Assembly (NCBI GenBank): GCA_963733055.1
Contig: CAVTBR010000003.1
Coordinates: forward strand, 160,001-224,000
Length of the DNA stretch: 64,000 bases
Direction of reading: 5' to 3'
From: Candidatus Bathyarchaeota archaeon
Lineage (GTDB): Archaea; Thermoproteota; Bathyarchaeia; 40CM-2-53-6
Positions within the stretch are counted from its first letter, which is position 1. Each line of letters opens with the position of its first letter. Under the pieces are notes generated by a model. The model made no database searches. It worked only from the letters and a program-made list of their open reading frames with translations, and was not told where the DNA came from. This document shows positions 20,498 through 30,011 of the stretch, piece by piece. Made by a program: the position numbers and the translations under genes.

Positions 20498-20691
20498 CGG
20501 AATCTCAGCAGCCGCTTCCTCGATAAATACTTAAGATCTTCGTATGTTTAGTAAGTATGAACATAGTTTGTGCTGACGGGAAGTAGAGAGAGCCTGCTCT
20601 AGTCTAACGTGAGCCTCCGCACCATTCCAAAGCGCTCTTCAGACCTCACTCGCCAGCCTTCAGAATCATGAAGGCGGTGCAACAAATCCCG

Positions 20692-22137
20692 TCAGTGCGG
20701 CATGGTTTGAACTGCAGGTATGATCACCTGCTGCAAGAGGGGGGCAGGGTAGAGGCCGAAGATTATGAGTGGTACGAGGAACAGAGCCAGGGTTAGGAGG
20801 GTGTACCAAGGCGCATCACTGAGCGTCATGCGCGTCGTAATAGGAGCCAGGAGCACTCTTCGCAGCATCCAGACAAAGTAACCGGCCGTTATACCTGGAA
20901 CTAGAACCGCTACCGCGTAAAGCGTGTTGACGGATATGCCGGCTAGTAGTATGTAATATTCGCTGATGAAATTACTGAATCCCGGAAAGCCCATAGCCGC
21001 GAGTGAAGCGAGCACTAGAAGGAAGCTGAGTTTGGGCATAGCACTTCCCAAGCCCGAAAGCTCGCGGATGTTTCTCGTGCCCATGTGCTCGTGGATTACG
21101 CCCGACATTAGGAAGAGGGCGCCTATGGCTAGGGCGTGGTTGAACATTTGGAAAACCGCGTTACTGACACCGACCGTGGTCAGCGTGAATGCGCCTAGGA
21201 GAACGTAACCCATGTGGTTGATACTTGTGAACGCGACCATGCGTTTGAAGTCTTGTGCTCTCATAGCTACGATCGCAGCGTAGAACATGGTGAAAATTCC
21301 AACGCCTATGAATGCCGGAGCCAGAAACTTAGATGCCTCCGGCATCAGAAACAGGTTCATCCTGATGAAACCATAACCACCCATCTTCAGCAGCAACCCA
21401 GCTAGTAGTACACTAATCGGGGCTGGTGCCTCAACATGAGCGTCCGGCAACCAGGTATGGAAGGGGAAGATTGGGAGCTTCACTCCGAACCCTATGAAGA
21501 AGCCGAGGGAGATCAGGATCTGGATTACAAATGGAAAATGCATGCTTGTGAGGTCGGTGAAGTTGAAGGTATGTGGGGTCGAGAAGACGTATAGTGCGAT
21601 GAAGCTGAGGAGAAGGAGTATGCTGCCGACGTGGGTCATGATGAGGAATTTCATTGCTGCATACCTCTTGCGTGGACCTCCCCAGACACCAATCAAGAAG
21701 AACATTGGAATGAGCACGAGTTCCCAGAAAACGTAGAACGCGATCAGGTTAAGTGAGGTGAAGACGCCGATGATCGCTCCTTCGAAGAGCAGTAGGAGAG
21801 CATTGTACTCCTTCACCCTGCTTGTGATCTGTTCCCACGAACCCGCGGCAGATAGAGTCGTAAGCAGCGTAGAGATGATTAGCAGCGGCAGGCTGATTCC
21901 GTCAATTCCGACAACATACGTGAGACCGAAATCCTTCGCCCAAGGGTAGCTCTCGACCAATTGAAAGCCAGGAGTGCTCCAGTTGAAGCCTACGAGAATG
22001 AATACGGTTACGGCTACGGTCATCGCGGAAATAATGATGGTTAGCGCCTTCGATACTTTATCGCCCGCAAACCCTGCGAGGTAGACCACGAATGCCCCGA
22101 CGATTGGGCCGAAGATTAGAAAGGATAGGAGCTGCAC
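20692..22137 (-). CDS. nuoM: Complex I subunit M, second copy
   Basis: GIDGISLP, FYVFWELVLIPMFFLIGVWGG, KLPIFPFHTWLPDAHVEAP, LLKMGGYG. Confidence 0.92.
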   Translation of the reverse strand: MQLLSFLIFGPIVGAFVVYLAGFAGDKVSKALTIIISAMTVAVTVFILVGFNWSTPGFQLVESYPWAKDFGLTYVVGIDGISLPLLIISTLLTTLSAAGSWEQITSRVKEYNALLLLFEGAIIGVFTSLNLIAFYVFWELVLIPMFFLIGVWGGPRKRYAAMKFLIMTHVGSILLLLSFIALYVFSTPHTFNFTDLTSMHFPFVIQILISLGFFIGFGVKLPIFPFHTWLPDAHVEAPAPISVLLAGLLLKMGGYGFIRMNLFLMPEASKFLAPAFIGVGIFTMFYAAIVAMRAQDFKRMVAFTSINHMGYVLLGAFTLTTVGVSNAVFQMFNHALAIGALFLMSGVIHEHMGTRNIRELSGLGSAMPKLSFLLVLASLAAMGFPGFSNFISEYYILLAGISVNTLYAVAVLVPGITAGYFVWMLRRVLLAPITTRMTLSDAPWYTLLTLALFLVPLIIFGLYPAPLLQQVIIPAVQTMPH

Positions 22138-22147
22138 TCTGGTTACC

Positions 22148-24220
22148 TCAAGTCAGGAAGAAGAGCACGACGACGATTAGAGCGAATAGACCTAAGGCGA
22201 AGACTGTAACGTATTCCTGTGGAACGCCCGTCTGAATTCGTTTGACGGTTGACGAAAACCTCTTTCCCAAGTTCGCAGTGCCGTTAATCCACCCGTCGAC
22301 AATCCCCAAGTCGAGGCCCTCGCCCTCTCTTGACAGGCCAATTGAGGCTTGTGCGACTGCGCCACTTATCCTATCGAAGAATCCGGTTTCCACCGTATTC
22401 TTCAACGCCCCTGCCATCGAGAGGGTTCCGTAGACGAAGGTTCGGTAATAGACGGGGTTAATGTACCATCTGTGCCAGAGGAAATTGTAGACCACCCGCC
22501 CCAAACCCTGATCTCCAACAATAGAGGTGGGTTTCAATTTGCCTGAAATGTAAAGCATGTAGCCGAAGAAACCGCCGACCCCAAGCATGATCAACGAACC
22601 GACGGTGGCAATGAGGCTCGCGTTCTGTTCGACACCCGGGCTAAGCTCCGGAGCCGCGGCGGCAAGTGGAGTTGCGGTAACGAATGCGTTTCGGATGAAT
22701 GATTCGATGAATGGGCCAGTGAACCCGATGGCGACGGTCGCTACAGCCAGGATGACGTATGGAACCCACATTAGTGCTGGCGCTTCGTGAATGTGATGTC
22801 CTTCCTCCTCTAATTTCTTAACATGATCGCTCTTCGGAGAATAGAACACCAAGCCGATTACTTTGAGGCTGTATAGGAACGTCAGGGCCACTGTTCCCCA
22901 CGCGAGCAACATGAGCGGCAATTGTCCTGTGAGGACTGTCGCTGTGATGACGGCGTCCTTGCTCCAGAAACCGCTCAGGGGAGGCACACCCGAAAGTGCG
23001 AGTAATGCAACGACCATAGCAATGAAGGTGATCTTCATCGAATGGCGAAGTCCGCCCATATCACCCATGTACCTCGACTCCACAGCGTGGAGTATGGCTC
23101 CAGCCGCGAGGAATGCCGCCGCCTTGAACAGTGCATGCGTCACCAGATGAAAGATACCGGCGGTAAGCCCCAGAACGAACTGTGAGGCCAACCCACCCGC
23201 GCCGATTCCAAGCATCATGTAGCCAATTTGGGAGATGGTGGAATAGGCGAGGAGTTTCTTGAGTTCCTTTGAAACAACCGCCTGCGTCGCGGCCATGAAA
23301 CAAGTGAACGCCCCGACCCAAGCGATTGCTTCGAAGAAAAAGGTCGGCTGGGCGTACTGGATTACAATGTTGTAGAACATTGGTCCAGCCCTACCTGCAA
23401 GATAGACCCCCGCAGTCACCATGGTCGCCGCATGAATGAGCGCGGAAACCGATGTGGGGCCGGCCATCGCGTCCGGAAGCCATTCGTGGAGTGGGAACTG
23501 GGCGGATTTACCAATTGGTCCCCAGAAGAATAGCAATGCGAGTGGAACCAATAGTCCTGCTTGGGCTAAGGGTAAAGCCCATGAGACGTTCTGCGTGAGT
23601 TGCATAAAGTTCAAAGTGCCTGAATAGGCGTAGATCATGAAGATCGCGATCAGTAGCCCGATATCGCCAATTCTCGTTACGATGAGTGCCTTCATTCCGG
23701 CATGGCTAGGGGAATAGGCCATCGGGACATCTAGTGACTTATCGCCGATTGTTCCGACCCATTTGTCTAAGGGGTCCTTGTACCAATGCCCGATGAGAGC
23801 GTATGAGCAGAGGCCTACGCCTTCCCAACCGAAGAAGAGTTGGAGCAGGTTATCTGACATGACCAGAAGTAGCATGCTTCCTATGAAGAAATTCATGAAA
23901 AACCAGTAGCGGGACAAACCCTCTTCGCCATGCATGTAGGCGATGCTGTAAACCATTATCAGAAAACTGACCCAAGCAACGACATTGGCCATAATGATGC
24001 TCAACGGGTCCAGCAACACGCCCGCGTTGATTCCCACGCTCGCAATCCAGCTTACCTGTAGATCCTGCGTCGAGCCCGAGGCAACCAGGGGCAGCAAGAG
24101 ACCCGCGGAAACTGCGCCGAGAAATGAAAACGCGACCGCGCAATAATCTCTCAGTTTCGGATGAACCATGTCAAAGAGCGGGGTTAGAACTGAACCAATG
24201 AACGGAAAACCGAATGTCAA
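22148..24220 (-). CDS. nuoL: Complex I subunit L with elongated C-terminal amphipathic helix
   Basis: GWEGVGLCSYALIG, GKSAQFPLHEWLPDAMAGPTSVSALIHAATMV, LAYSTISQIGY, IQTG. Confidence 0.93.
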   Translation of the reverse strand: MTFGFPFIGSVLTPLFDMVHPKLRDYCAVAFSFLGAVSAGLLLPLVASGSTQDLQVSWIASVGINAGVLLDPLSIIMANVVAWVSFLIMVYSIAYMHGEEGLSRYWFFMNFFIGSMLLLVMSDNLLQLFFGWEGVGLCSYALIGHWYKDPLDKWVGTIGDKSLDVPMAYSPSHAGMKALIVTRIGDIGLLIAIFMIYAYSGTLNFMQLTQNVSWALPLAQAGLLVPLALLFFWGPIGKSAQFPLHEWLPDAMAGPTSVSALIHAATMVTAGVYLAGRAGPMFYNIVIQYAQPTFFFEAIAWVGAFTCFMAATQAVVSKELKKLLAYSTISQIGYMMLGIGAGGLASQFVLGLTAGIFHLVTHALFKAAAFLAAGAILHAVESRYMGDMGGLRHSMKITFIAMVVALLALSGVPPLSGFWSKDAVITATVLTGQLPLMLLAWGTVALTFLYSLKVIGLVFYSPKSDHVKKLEEEGHHIHEAPALMWVPYVILAVATVAIGFTGPFIESFIRNAFVTATPLAAAAPELSPGVEQNASLIATVGSLIMLGVGGFFGYMLYISGKLKPTSIVGDQGLGRVVYNFLWHRWYINPVYYRTFVYGTLSMAGALKNTVETGFFDRISGAVAQASIGLSREGEGLDLGIVDGWINGTANLGKRFSSTVKRIQTGVPQEYVTVFALGLFALIVVVLFFLT

Positions 24221-24245
24221 CCAGCCGAAGATTTCGAACAGCAGT

Positions 24246-25715
24246 CTAACCTCCTACTATCGTCTTCACGGCGGGGAGTAGCAGTCGTTCCACCAAATCA
24301 GGGTAAATACCCAATATGAGAGATATCGCGGCGAGAACAATCATCGGTCCAATTACAGTTGCGGGAGCCTCGGTCACGCTGCTGAGCTCATCCGGGAGTT
24401 TACCGAAAAAGATCCGCTTAACGGCCCAAAGGCAATAGCCCGCGGTGATGGCGGTGGAGACGACGCCTAGAAACGACAAGACGAGTCTAGGCATCGAACT
24501 GATGGCGAACGCCTCCTTGAATGCTCCTGCGAAGATCAGGAATTCGGAGAAGAAACCGGTCGTAGGTGGGATGCCCATGATTGTTAGAAATCCGAGGAGG
24601 GCTGCCGTTGCGGTAATTGGCATCTTGGACGCCAACCCTCCCATCTTGCTTATGCTGCGAAGTCCATGGGCCTGGAGTATTATGGCTCCGGCCATCATGA
24701 AGAGAATTCCCTTCCCGAGTCCGTGAGTAACGTACTGGAACATTGCTCCGGAAACTCCGAGTACCTGAACTGAGGATATGCCGAGAAGGATGTAACCCAT
24801 CTGGCTTACACTCGAATAGGCTAGGAGTCTTTTGATGTCGTCTTGCACTAGCGCCATTGCCCCGCCGTAGAACATTGTAACCACCGCCCAGACGGTGAGG
24901 GCAGTTGAAATCGCAAAGAACGCCGTTGGTAGGATGGACATTACGAGGCGAACGATGGCGTAGCCTCCTATGCCGATCATTGCGGGTGATAGTAGGGCGC
25001 TGATGGGTGTGGGCGCTTCTGCGTGAGCGTGTGGCAGCCATATGTGTAGGCCAAATGCTGCCATCTTCACGAGCAATCCGACAACCATTACGATTACGAT
25101 TAGGGCTCGCAGGTTAGCTGGGATGGTTTGAGTGATGATAGTAGCCAAGTCGAAGCTTCCAGTGAGGTAACCGATGGATAGAATTCCAACCAAGAAAGCT
25201 AAGGCGCCGATGTGAGTCCACATGAAATACATGAAGGAAATTCTGTCTCTCTCACCATATCCCCATTTGGCGATGAGAAAGTAAGATGGAATTAACATGA
25301 GTTCGAAGAAGAGGTAGAATTCGATTAGGTTCGTGGCTAGGACGGCGCCCATCATTCCAACGGAATAGAGCAGGAGGAGGGCATAGTACAATCCGAACTG
25401 CCGCTTATCCTCTCCAATGATATGGTTCATGTAAGGCATAGAGTAAATCGACATGAGAGTGCAGAGCAGCGCGATCGTGAACAGGATTGGGACGCTGAGC
25501 CCATCCGCATTCAGGCCAAAGTGGCCGATAGGTTGCCAATTGTAAAACTCTTGAACGCCGCCCTCAGATCCCGCCAACAAAGTTAGAAACGTAGAGTAGG
25601 CCAGAGCAGCGAAAGATAGCCAGCCGGCTTTAGCTCCCCAACGACTCCCCGCGAAGTATGTAATGAAAACGAAGACCAACGGTACTAGCAATATCTGAAG
25701 AAGCTGCATGAGCAA
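24246..25715 (-). CDS. nuoM: Complex I subunit M, first copy
   Basis: FYLFFELMLIPSYFLI, HIWLPHAHAEAPTPISALLS, KRLLAYSSVSQMGY, FFSEF. Confidence 0.88.
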   Translation of the reverse strand: MLMQLLQILLVPLVFVFITYFAGSRWGAKAGWLSFAALAYSTFLTLLAGSEGGVQEFYNWQPIGHFGLNADGLSVPILFTIALLCTLMSIYSMPYMNHIIGEDKRQFGLYYALLLLYSVGMMGAVLATNLIEFYLFFELMLIPSYFLIAKWGYGERDRISFMYFMWTHIGALAFLVGILSIGYLTGSFDLATIITQTIPANLRALIVIVMVVGLLVKMAAFGLHIWLPHAHAEAPTPISALLSPAMIGIGGYAIVRLVMSILPTAFFAISTALTVWAVVTMFYGGAMALVQDDIKRLLAYSSVSQMGYILLGISSVQVLGVSGAMFQYVTHGLGKGILFMMAGAIILQAHGLRSISKMGGLASKMPITATAALLGFLTIMGIPPTTGFFSEFLIFAGAFKEAFAISSMPRLVLSFLGVVSTAITAGYCLWAVKRIFFGKLPDELSSVTEAPATVIGPMIVLAAISLILGIYPDLVERLLLPAVKTIVGG

Positions 25716-25721
25716 TGGAGT

Positions 25722-26030
25722 CTACCCCTTCAACTTGTCGAGTTTCCTTACATCGATTGATGAGTGGAGTCTGAATGCCACGAGTATGAGAGCTAACCCT
25801 ACCGCTGCCTCCATTGCCGCGGCAGCGATGGAATAGAAGACGATCACCTGTCCTGAAACCTGAGGAGGACTCAGGTACCGGGTGAAAGCAACAAAGTTGA
25901 GGTTTGCCGCATTAACGATCAGTTCAACCGCAAATAGAATGCGGATAGCGTTTCGCTTCACGGTGAGACCGTAGATTCCGATACCGAGGAGGGCGGCGGA
26001 GACAATTATGAAACTAACGAGAGTCGGCAT
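25722..26030 (-). CDS. nuoK: Complex I subunit K
   Basis: GIGIYG, VELIVNAANLNFV, AAMEAAVGLA, ends LKG. Confidence 0.93.
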   Translation of the reverse strand: MPTLVSFIIVSAALLGIGIYGLTVKRNAIRILFAVELIVNAANLNFVAFTRYLSPPQVSGQVIVFYSIAAAAMEAAVGLALILVAFRLHSSIDVRKLDKLKG

Positions 26031-26032
26031 GT

Positions 26033-26551
26033 CTACCTCTCCACCTTCGCGAGGACAAGGGCGCCGAGTAGGGCCGCGGATAGCAGTAATGCGAGTATGA
26101 TGAGTGGGACCGGGTATTCGCCCGCCAGCACTGGGCCTAATTGTGATATGGGAAGATTTGCGGGCTGAATTGAGGATGGGAGATTCGGTCCGGCCAGCGC
26201 CGCGACCCCTGCAATTGAAACCGCGAGTAGGCCAGCAATCCAGAGTCCCGCGGCTCCTTCTCCTCCCTCCGGCCGCTCGATGGGTTCCACGTTTTCTCGA
26301 CGAACTAACATGATGGTAAAGAGGATTAGAACTACTACGGCGCCTACGTACACAGCTATTTGCAGCATCGCTAGGTAGGGCGCGTCGAGAAAGACGAAAA
26401 ATCCCGCGACGCCTATGAAACTAATCGCGAGCGCAACAGCTCCATAAATGAGTTCCTTGGCCTGTAGCGCGAGAATGGCCGCGAGCAAGGTGACCGTCGT
26501 TAGTACAATGAACGTTATGTCGGGAGGGATTTCTAGAGTGATTCCTACCAA
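26033..26551 (-). CDS. nuoJ: Complex I subunit J
   Basis: LDAPYLAMLQIAVYVGAVVVLILFTIML. Confidence 0.92.
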   Translation of the reverse strand: MVGITLEIPPDITFIVLTTVTLLAAILALQAKELIYGAVALAISFIGVAGFFVFLDAPYLAMLQIAVYVGAVVVLILFTIMLVRRENVEPIERPEGGEGAAGLWIAGLLAVSIAGVAALAGPNLPSSIQPANLPISQLGPVLAGEYPVPLIILALLLSAALLGALVLAKVER

Positions 26552-26552
26552 T

Positions 26553-27584
26553 TCAGATTCCCCACGCTGAAAGGACTCCCGTGTTGAGGAGTATGACAGT
26601 TAAGAACACGTTAGCGATCGCAATAACTAGCAACCTCGTCCAGCCTATCTTGATCAGAAGATCAACTCGAAGCCGCGGATAAACTCCACGCGGTATGATG
26701 ATGAAGGTTGCAACGACCAACGTCTTCAATATGAACCAAATCGGTTGGGGCAGAAACGCAGGGCCCCACCACCCGCCCAAGAACAGGACGGTCACTAGAG
26801 AAGACATCAGGTACACTTTCATGTACAGCGCCAGAAAGATTACCATGAAGATTGCACCGCTTGATTCTGTGAACCACCCAGCCACAAGCTCAGGCTCGGC
26901 CTCGGGGAGGTCGAATGGTAACCTCTCAAGCTCCGCCATCGTTGCAATGAAGAAGACGACGAAGGAAAGGAAGGCCGGAATTATGAACCAGATCTTATGC
27001 TGAGCGGTGACGATATCGCTCAGATTTAGGGACCCAGCAAGCATCACAACGCTCAACGCAGAGATCCACATGGGGATCTCATACGCAACTTGCTGAAACA
27101 GCGAACGAAGTCCTCCCAAGAACGGGTATTTGCTATTGCTCGCCCAAGCGAAGATCAATATCATGCTCGGAAAGAGCGAAGTCATCGCGAAGACGAAGAC
27201 CAAACCAACATCCAAATTCGCGATCACCCAGTGCTGACCGAAGGGAATCACGGCAAAAGGCAACGCTCCCAAAAAGACGAGCATCAGGGGGATGCTGAGA
27301 AAGAGCGGTTTATCGGCCTTGTACGGAATCATGACTTCTTTGAAAATTAACTTAATGCCGTCGGCTATGGGTTGCAATATACCTCCAGGACCACCCGCGT
27401 ACAAAGGCCCGATTCGTAATTGTATTCTGGCCAGAAGCTTCCGTTCGTACCAGGTCAGAAACATGACGACGAGCATTAGATGTATGAACCCTGGGAAAAT
27501 CACTATCGTGATGAATGTGTGCGAGGTTATGACCGCGATAATGAAGGGGAGAATGTCGGCGGGAGTTGTCGGAAGGTTTACCAT
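26553..27584 (-). CDS. nuoH: Complex I subunit H
   Basis: ERKLLARIQLRIGP, LQPIADGIKLIFKE, AELERLPFDLPEAEPELVAG, PRLRVD. Confidence 0.95.
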   Translation of the reverse strand: MVNLPTTPADILPFIIAVITSHTFITIVIFPGFIHLMLVVMFLTWYERKLLARIQLRIGPLYAGGPGGILQPIADGIKLIFKEVMIPYKADKPLFLSIPLMLVFLGALPFAVIPFGQHWVIANLDVGLVFVFAMTSLFPSMILIFAWASNSKYPFLGGLRSLFQQVAYEIPMWISALSVVMLAGSLNLSDIVTAQHKIWFIIPAFLSFVVFFIATMAELERLPFDLPEAEPELVAGWFTESSGAIFMVIFLALYMKVYLMSSLVTVLFLGGWWGPAFLPQPIWFILKTLVVATFIIIPRGVYPRLRVDLLIKIGWTRLLVIAIANVFLTVILLNTGVLSAWGI

Positions 27585-27585
27585 A

Positions 27586-27948
27586 TTACCAATTCTCCCG
27601 ACGCAGAGCCATCTTCAACGCATAACCTAACGGGGCTCCTAAGAGCACTAGAAAGAGCACCACCAGCATAGAATCGTTGAAGGATATTCGAGTGAAGCTC
27701 ATTCCCCAAGCGAAGAGGAACATCCCAACCACGTCGAAAACCACGAACATAAGGAGGTAGGGGTAGTATTGCATTACGAGCCGCTTCCTAGCTTCCCCTT
27801 GCGGCACCTGACCGGATTCAAATGGCATATCCCGAAATGGATCCGGTTTTCGCCTAGACCAAAACATCGGTAACGTGAGAAGGGGTCCTGTGAGAATGAG
27901 TATGAGAACAGCCCAGATTGTGATCAGCAACCATGGGTTGAGAGCCAA
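27586..27948 (-). CDS. nuoA: Complex I subunit A
   Basis: PFESGQVP, YYPYLLMFVVFDV, FLFAW. Confidence 0.9.
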   Translation of the reverse strand: MALNPWLLITIWAVLILILTGPLLTLPMFWSRRKPDPFRDMPFESGQVPQGEARKRLVMQYYPYLLMFVVFDVVGMFLFAWGMSFTRISFNDSMLVVLFLVLLGAPLGYALKMALRRENW

Positions 27949-28303
27949 GACCAGTCACTGTAATGGACTCAGACGAATCTCCGTGTGACTAAAATCAACC
28001 GAATATAAATCATGCGAATCAAAAGCACGTCCGCTAACGGGAGTTACCTGATCGTAGCTATTCTATTAAGCAGCAAGAAATATTAGCGCTCGTTGCAGAG
28101 CCTGAACAGGAAAGTCTGCAAGGTTCGGTTTAAGGCGAACGAATTTGGCTTGGCACTCTGCTGGAACAACTCATTTCTGGTGTGCAAAATGCAAGAAACA
28201 GGTCCCTGCCGAATCGGAACTCGTGTTCAAAGAGGGAAAGGTTCTTTGGAAATGGAAGTGTGGGACGTGCGGAACCGATTACGCAGACTGAAGCCTAGGG
28301 ATG

Positions 28304-29224
28304 TTAGAATCCTCGTTCCAATGAGTAGTCGGCAAAGTCTTCAAGAAGCTTGCTCTTGCTCGGATCCTGCAAACTCCTCAGCTCTGCCTTTGCCTTCTCC
28401 ACGTGCTCTCGGGATTTCTTCAGGGCAAACTGAAGGGCTTGCTCATAGAGTTCTGCAATCTGCGGCTTATCTGACTTCTCATGGTTTTCAAGAAGATTGC
28501 TGATGCGCTCCCTCTTTGTGGCTTCGTCGAGGTAGTGCATAACTACCAGATTCACACGCTCCTGCCTCACTGGATCCGCTGATTGATCCAGGATGTCATC
28601 CTTGATCTGAAACGCAATTCCCACGGCTCTGCCGTAATTGTAGAGGCAGTTTACGTCGTGGGCGTTAGCTCCGCCGAGGACCGCACCGATGCCAGCTGCG
28701 GCGCTAAAAAGAGAAGCCGTCTTCAAGTCTGCTATGTTCAAGTAATGTTCTATGTCGATCGCGAGTTCGGTTAAGGTATCCAATATCTCACCCTTGCTTA
28801 GATCCACTAGCCCCCAACCAACAAGTCTTGTTATCCTAGGATCCTTATACTCGGAAAGAATCTGAACCCCTTTTGAAGCCAAGAAAAGGCCCGCGCTGAT
28901 TGCCTTGTCGTCTGCAAACGCGTGCTGGGTGGTGGGCAGGCTTCGCCGCAAACGATGCTTATCGATTAGGTCGTCGAAGATCAAGGATGCCGCGTGTACA
29001 AATTCCATGGCGGCCGCCGCATCCAGAGCATGTTCTGACTTACCGCTAACACTCTCGCAGGCGAGGAGCACTAGGATTGGGCGGAGGCGTTTGCCGCCAG
29101 TTCTGAACGTGTATTTGACTAGCTCATTCGCTTCGCTCTGTTCAAAGCCGGTAGAGAGTAAATCGTCGATGCGCTTGTTGACCAACGCACGCTTCTCTTC
29201 GAGTAGTTTCTGGAATGAGCTCAT
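28304..29224 (-). CDS. Polyprenyl diphosphate synthase (GGPP synthase-like)
   Basis: GGKRLRP, HAASLIFDDLID..LRR, KTASLF, AFQIKDDILD. Confidence 0.9.
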   Translation of the reverse strand: MSSFQKLLEEKRALVNKRIDDLLSTGFEQSEANELVKYTFRTGGKRLRPILVLLACESVSGKSEHALDAAAAMEFVHAASLIFDDLIDKHRLRRSLPTTQHAFADDKAISAGLFLASKGVQILSEYKDPRITRLVGWGLVDLSKGEILDTLTELAIDIEHYLNIADLKTASLFSAAAGIGAVLGGANAHDVNCLYNYGRAVGIAFQIKDDILDQSADPVRQERVNLVVMHYLDEATKRERISNLLENHEKSDKPQIAELYEQALQFALKKSREHVEKAKAELRSLQDPSKSKLLEDFADYSLERGF

Positions 29225-29299
29225 CAGTGGTCACTCGTCTATTTTCGTGCGGATGAAACGTTTCACCTGTTATAAATTGTATCTTAGGAGCATCACAAT

Positions 29300-29989
29300 C
29301 TAAGTAAACCTGCGTACGGCGTTACAAAAGTCCAAGAGTACTTCTTCTGGTTTGGGTGCCTTCACGACTCCGCTCGCGACGAGTATTCCATTTGTTCCAA
29401 GCTTCAGGGCGGAGTAGACATCCTCACCCGTACTGATGCCCGCTCCACATAGGATGGTTACCGTTGAGTTCACTCTGCGAATTCTCTTGACCGAGTCGGT
29501 TAATATTTCAGGGTTCTCTTTCGAAACGGCTCGTCCAGTGCCGATTAAGTCTGGAGGTTCGATCGCGACTGTATCTGGCTCCGATAAAGCAACCGCAGCA
29601 CCCAATCGTGCTGTCCCAGCACACACAACGGTCGTCAATCCTACTTCACGAGCATGTAGAACGGCCTTCTCGATTTCAGGAAGCTTCAAGTTTCTTTCAG
29701 AATGATTGATGAGTGTTCCGATAGCTCCTGCCGCACTGACGGATTCTGCCAGAACGTGACCGGTGAAGGCGCCTGGGGTAATTGCATCTATGTGTTGGGC
29801 GAATACGGGGATCTCCACGTGAGCTGCCACTTGTTCTATGTCACAGAATTGAGGTGCGACTCCGACTCTCACGCCTGTCTCTTTACTGACTTTATCCATC
29901 TTAAGCGCAAGTTCAACTGCTTTCTTCCCAGTCGCCTCGAGGTACGTCTTGAAGTTAATCAGCAAGAATGGTTCGGAATGAGACATCAT
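29300..29989 (-). CDS. tpiA: Archaeal-type triosephosphate isomerase
   Basis: INFKTY, NHSER, AIEPPDLIGTG, CGAGIS, LVASGVVKA. Confidence 0.95.
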   Translation of the reverse strand: MMSHSEPFLLINFKTYLEATGKKAVELALKMDKVSKETGVRVGVAPQFCDIEQVAAHVEIPVFAQHIDAITPGAFTGHVLAESVSAAGAIGTLINHSERNLKLPEIEKAVLHAREVGLTTVVCAGTARLGAAVALSEPDTVAIEPPDLIGTGRAVSKENPEILTDSVKRIRRVNSTVTILCGAGISTGEDVYSALKLGTNGILVASGVVKAPKPEEVLLDFCNAVRRFT

Positions 29990-30011
29990 CTTTCCTCACA
30001 GTTTCTTTGAC

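Noticed and set aside
28093-28503. 136-aa plus-strand ORF and the many other antisense ORFs in the track
   Set aside because: Overlap well-supported genes on the opposite strand and lack motifs; treated as shadow ORFs
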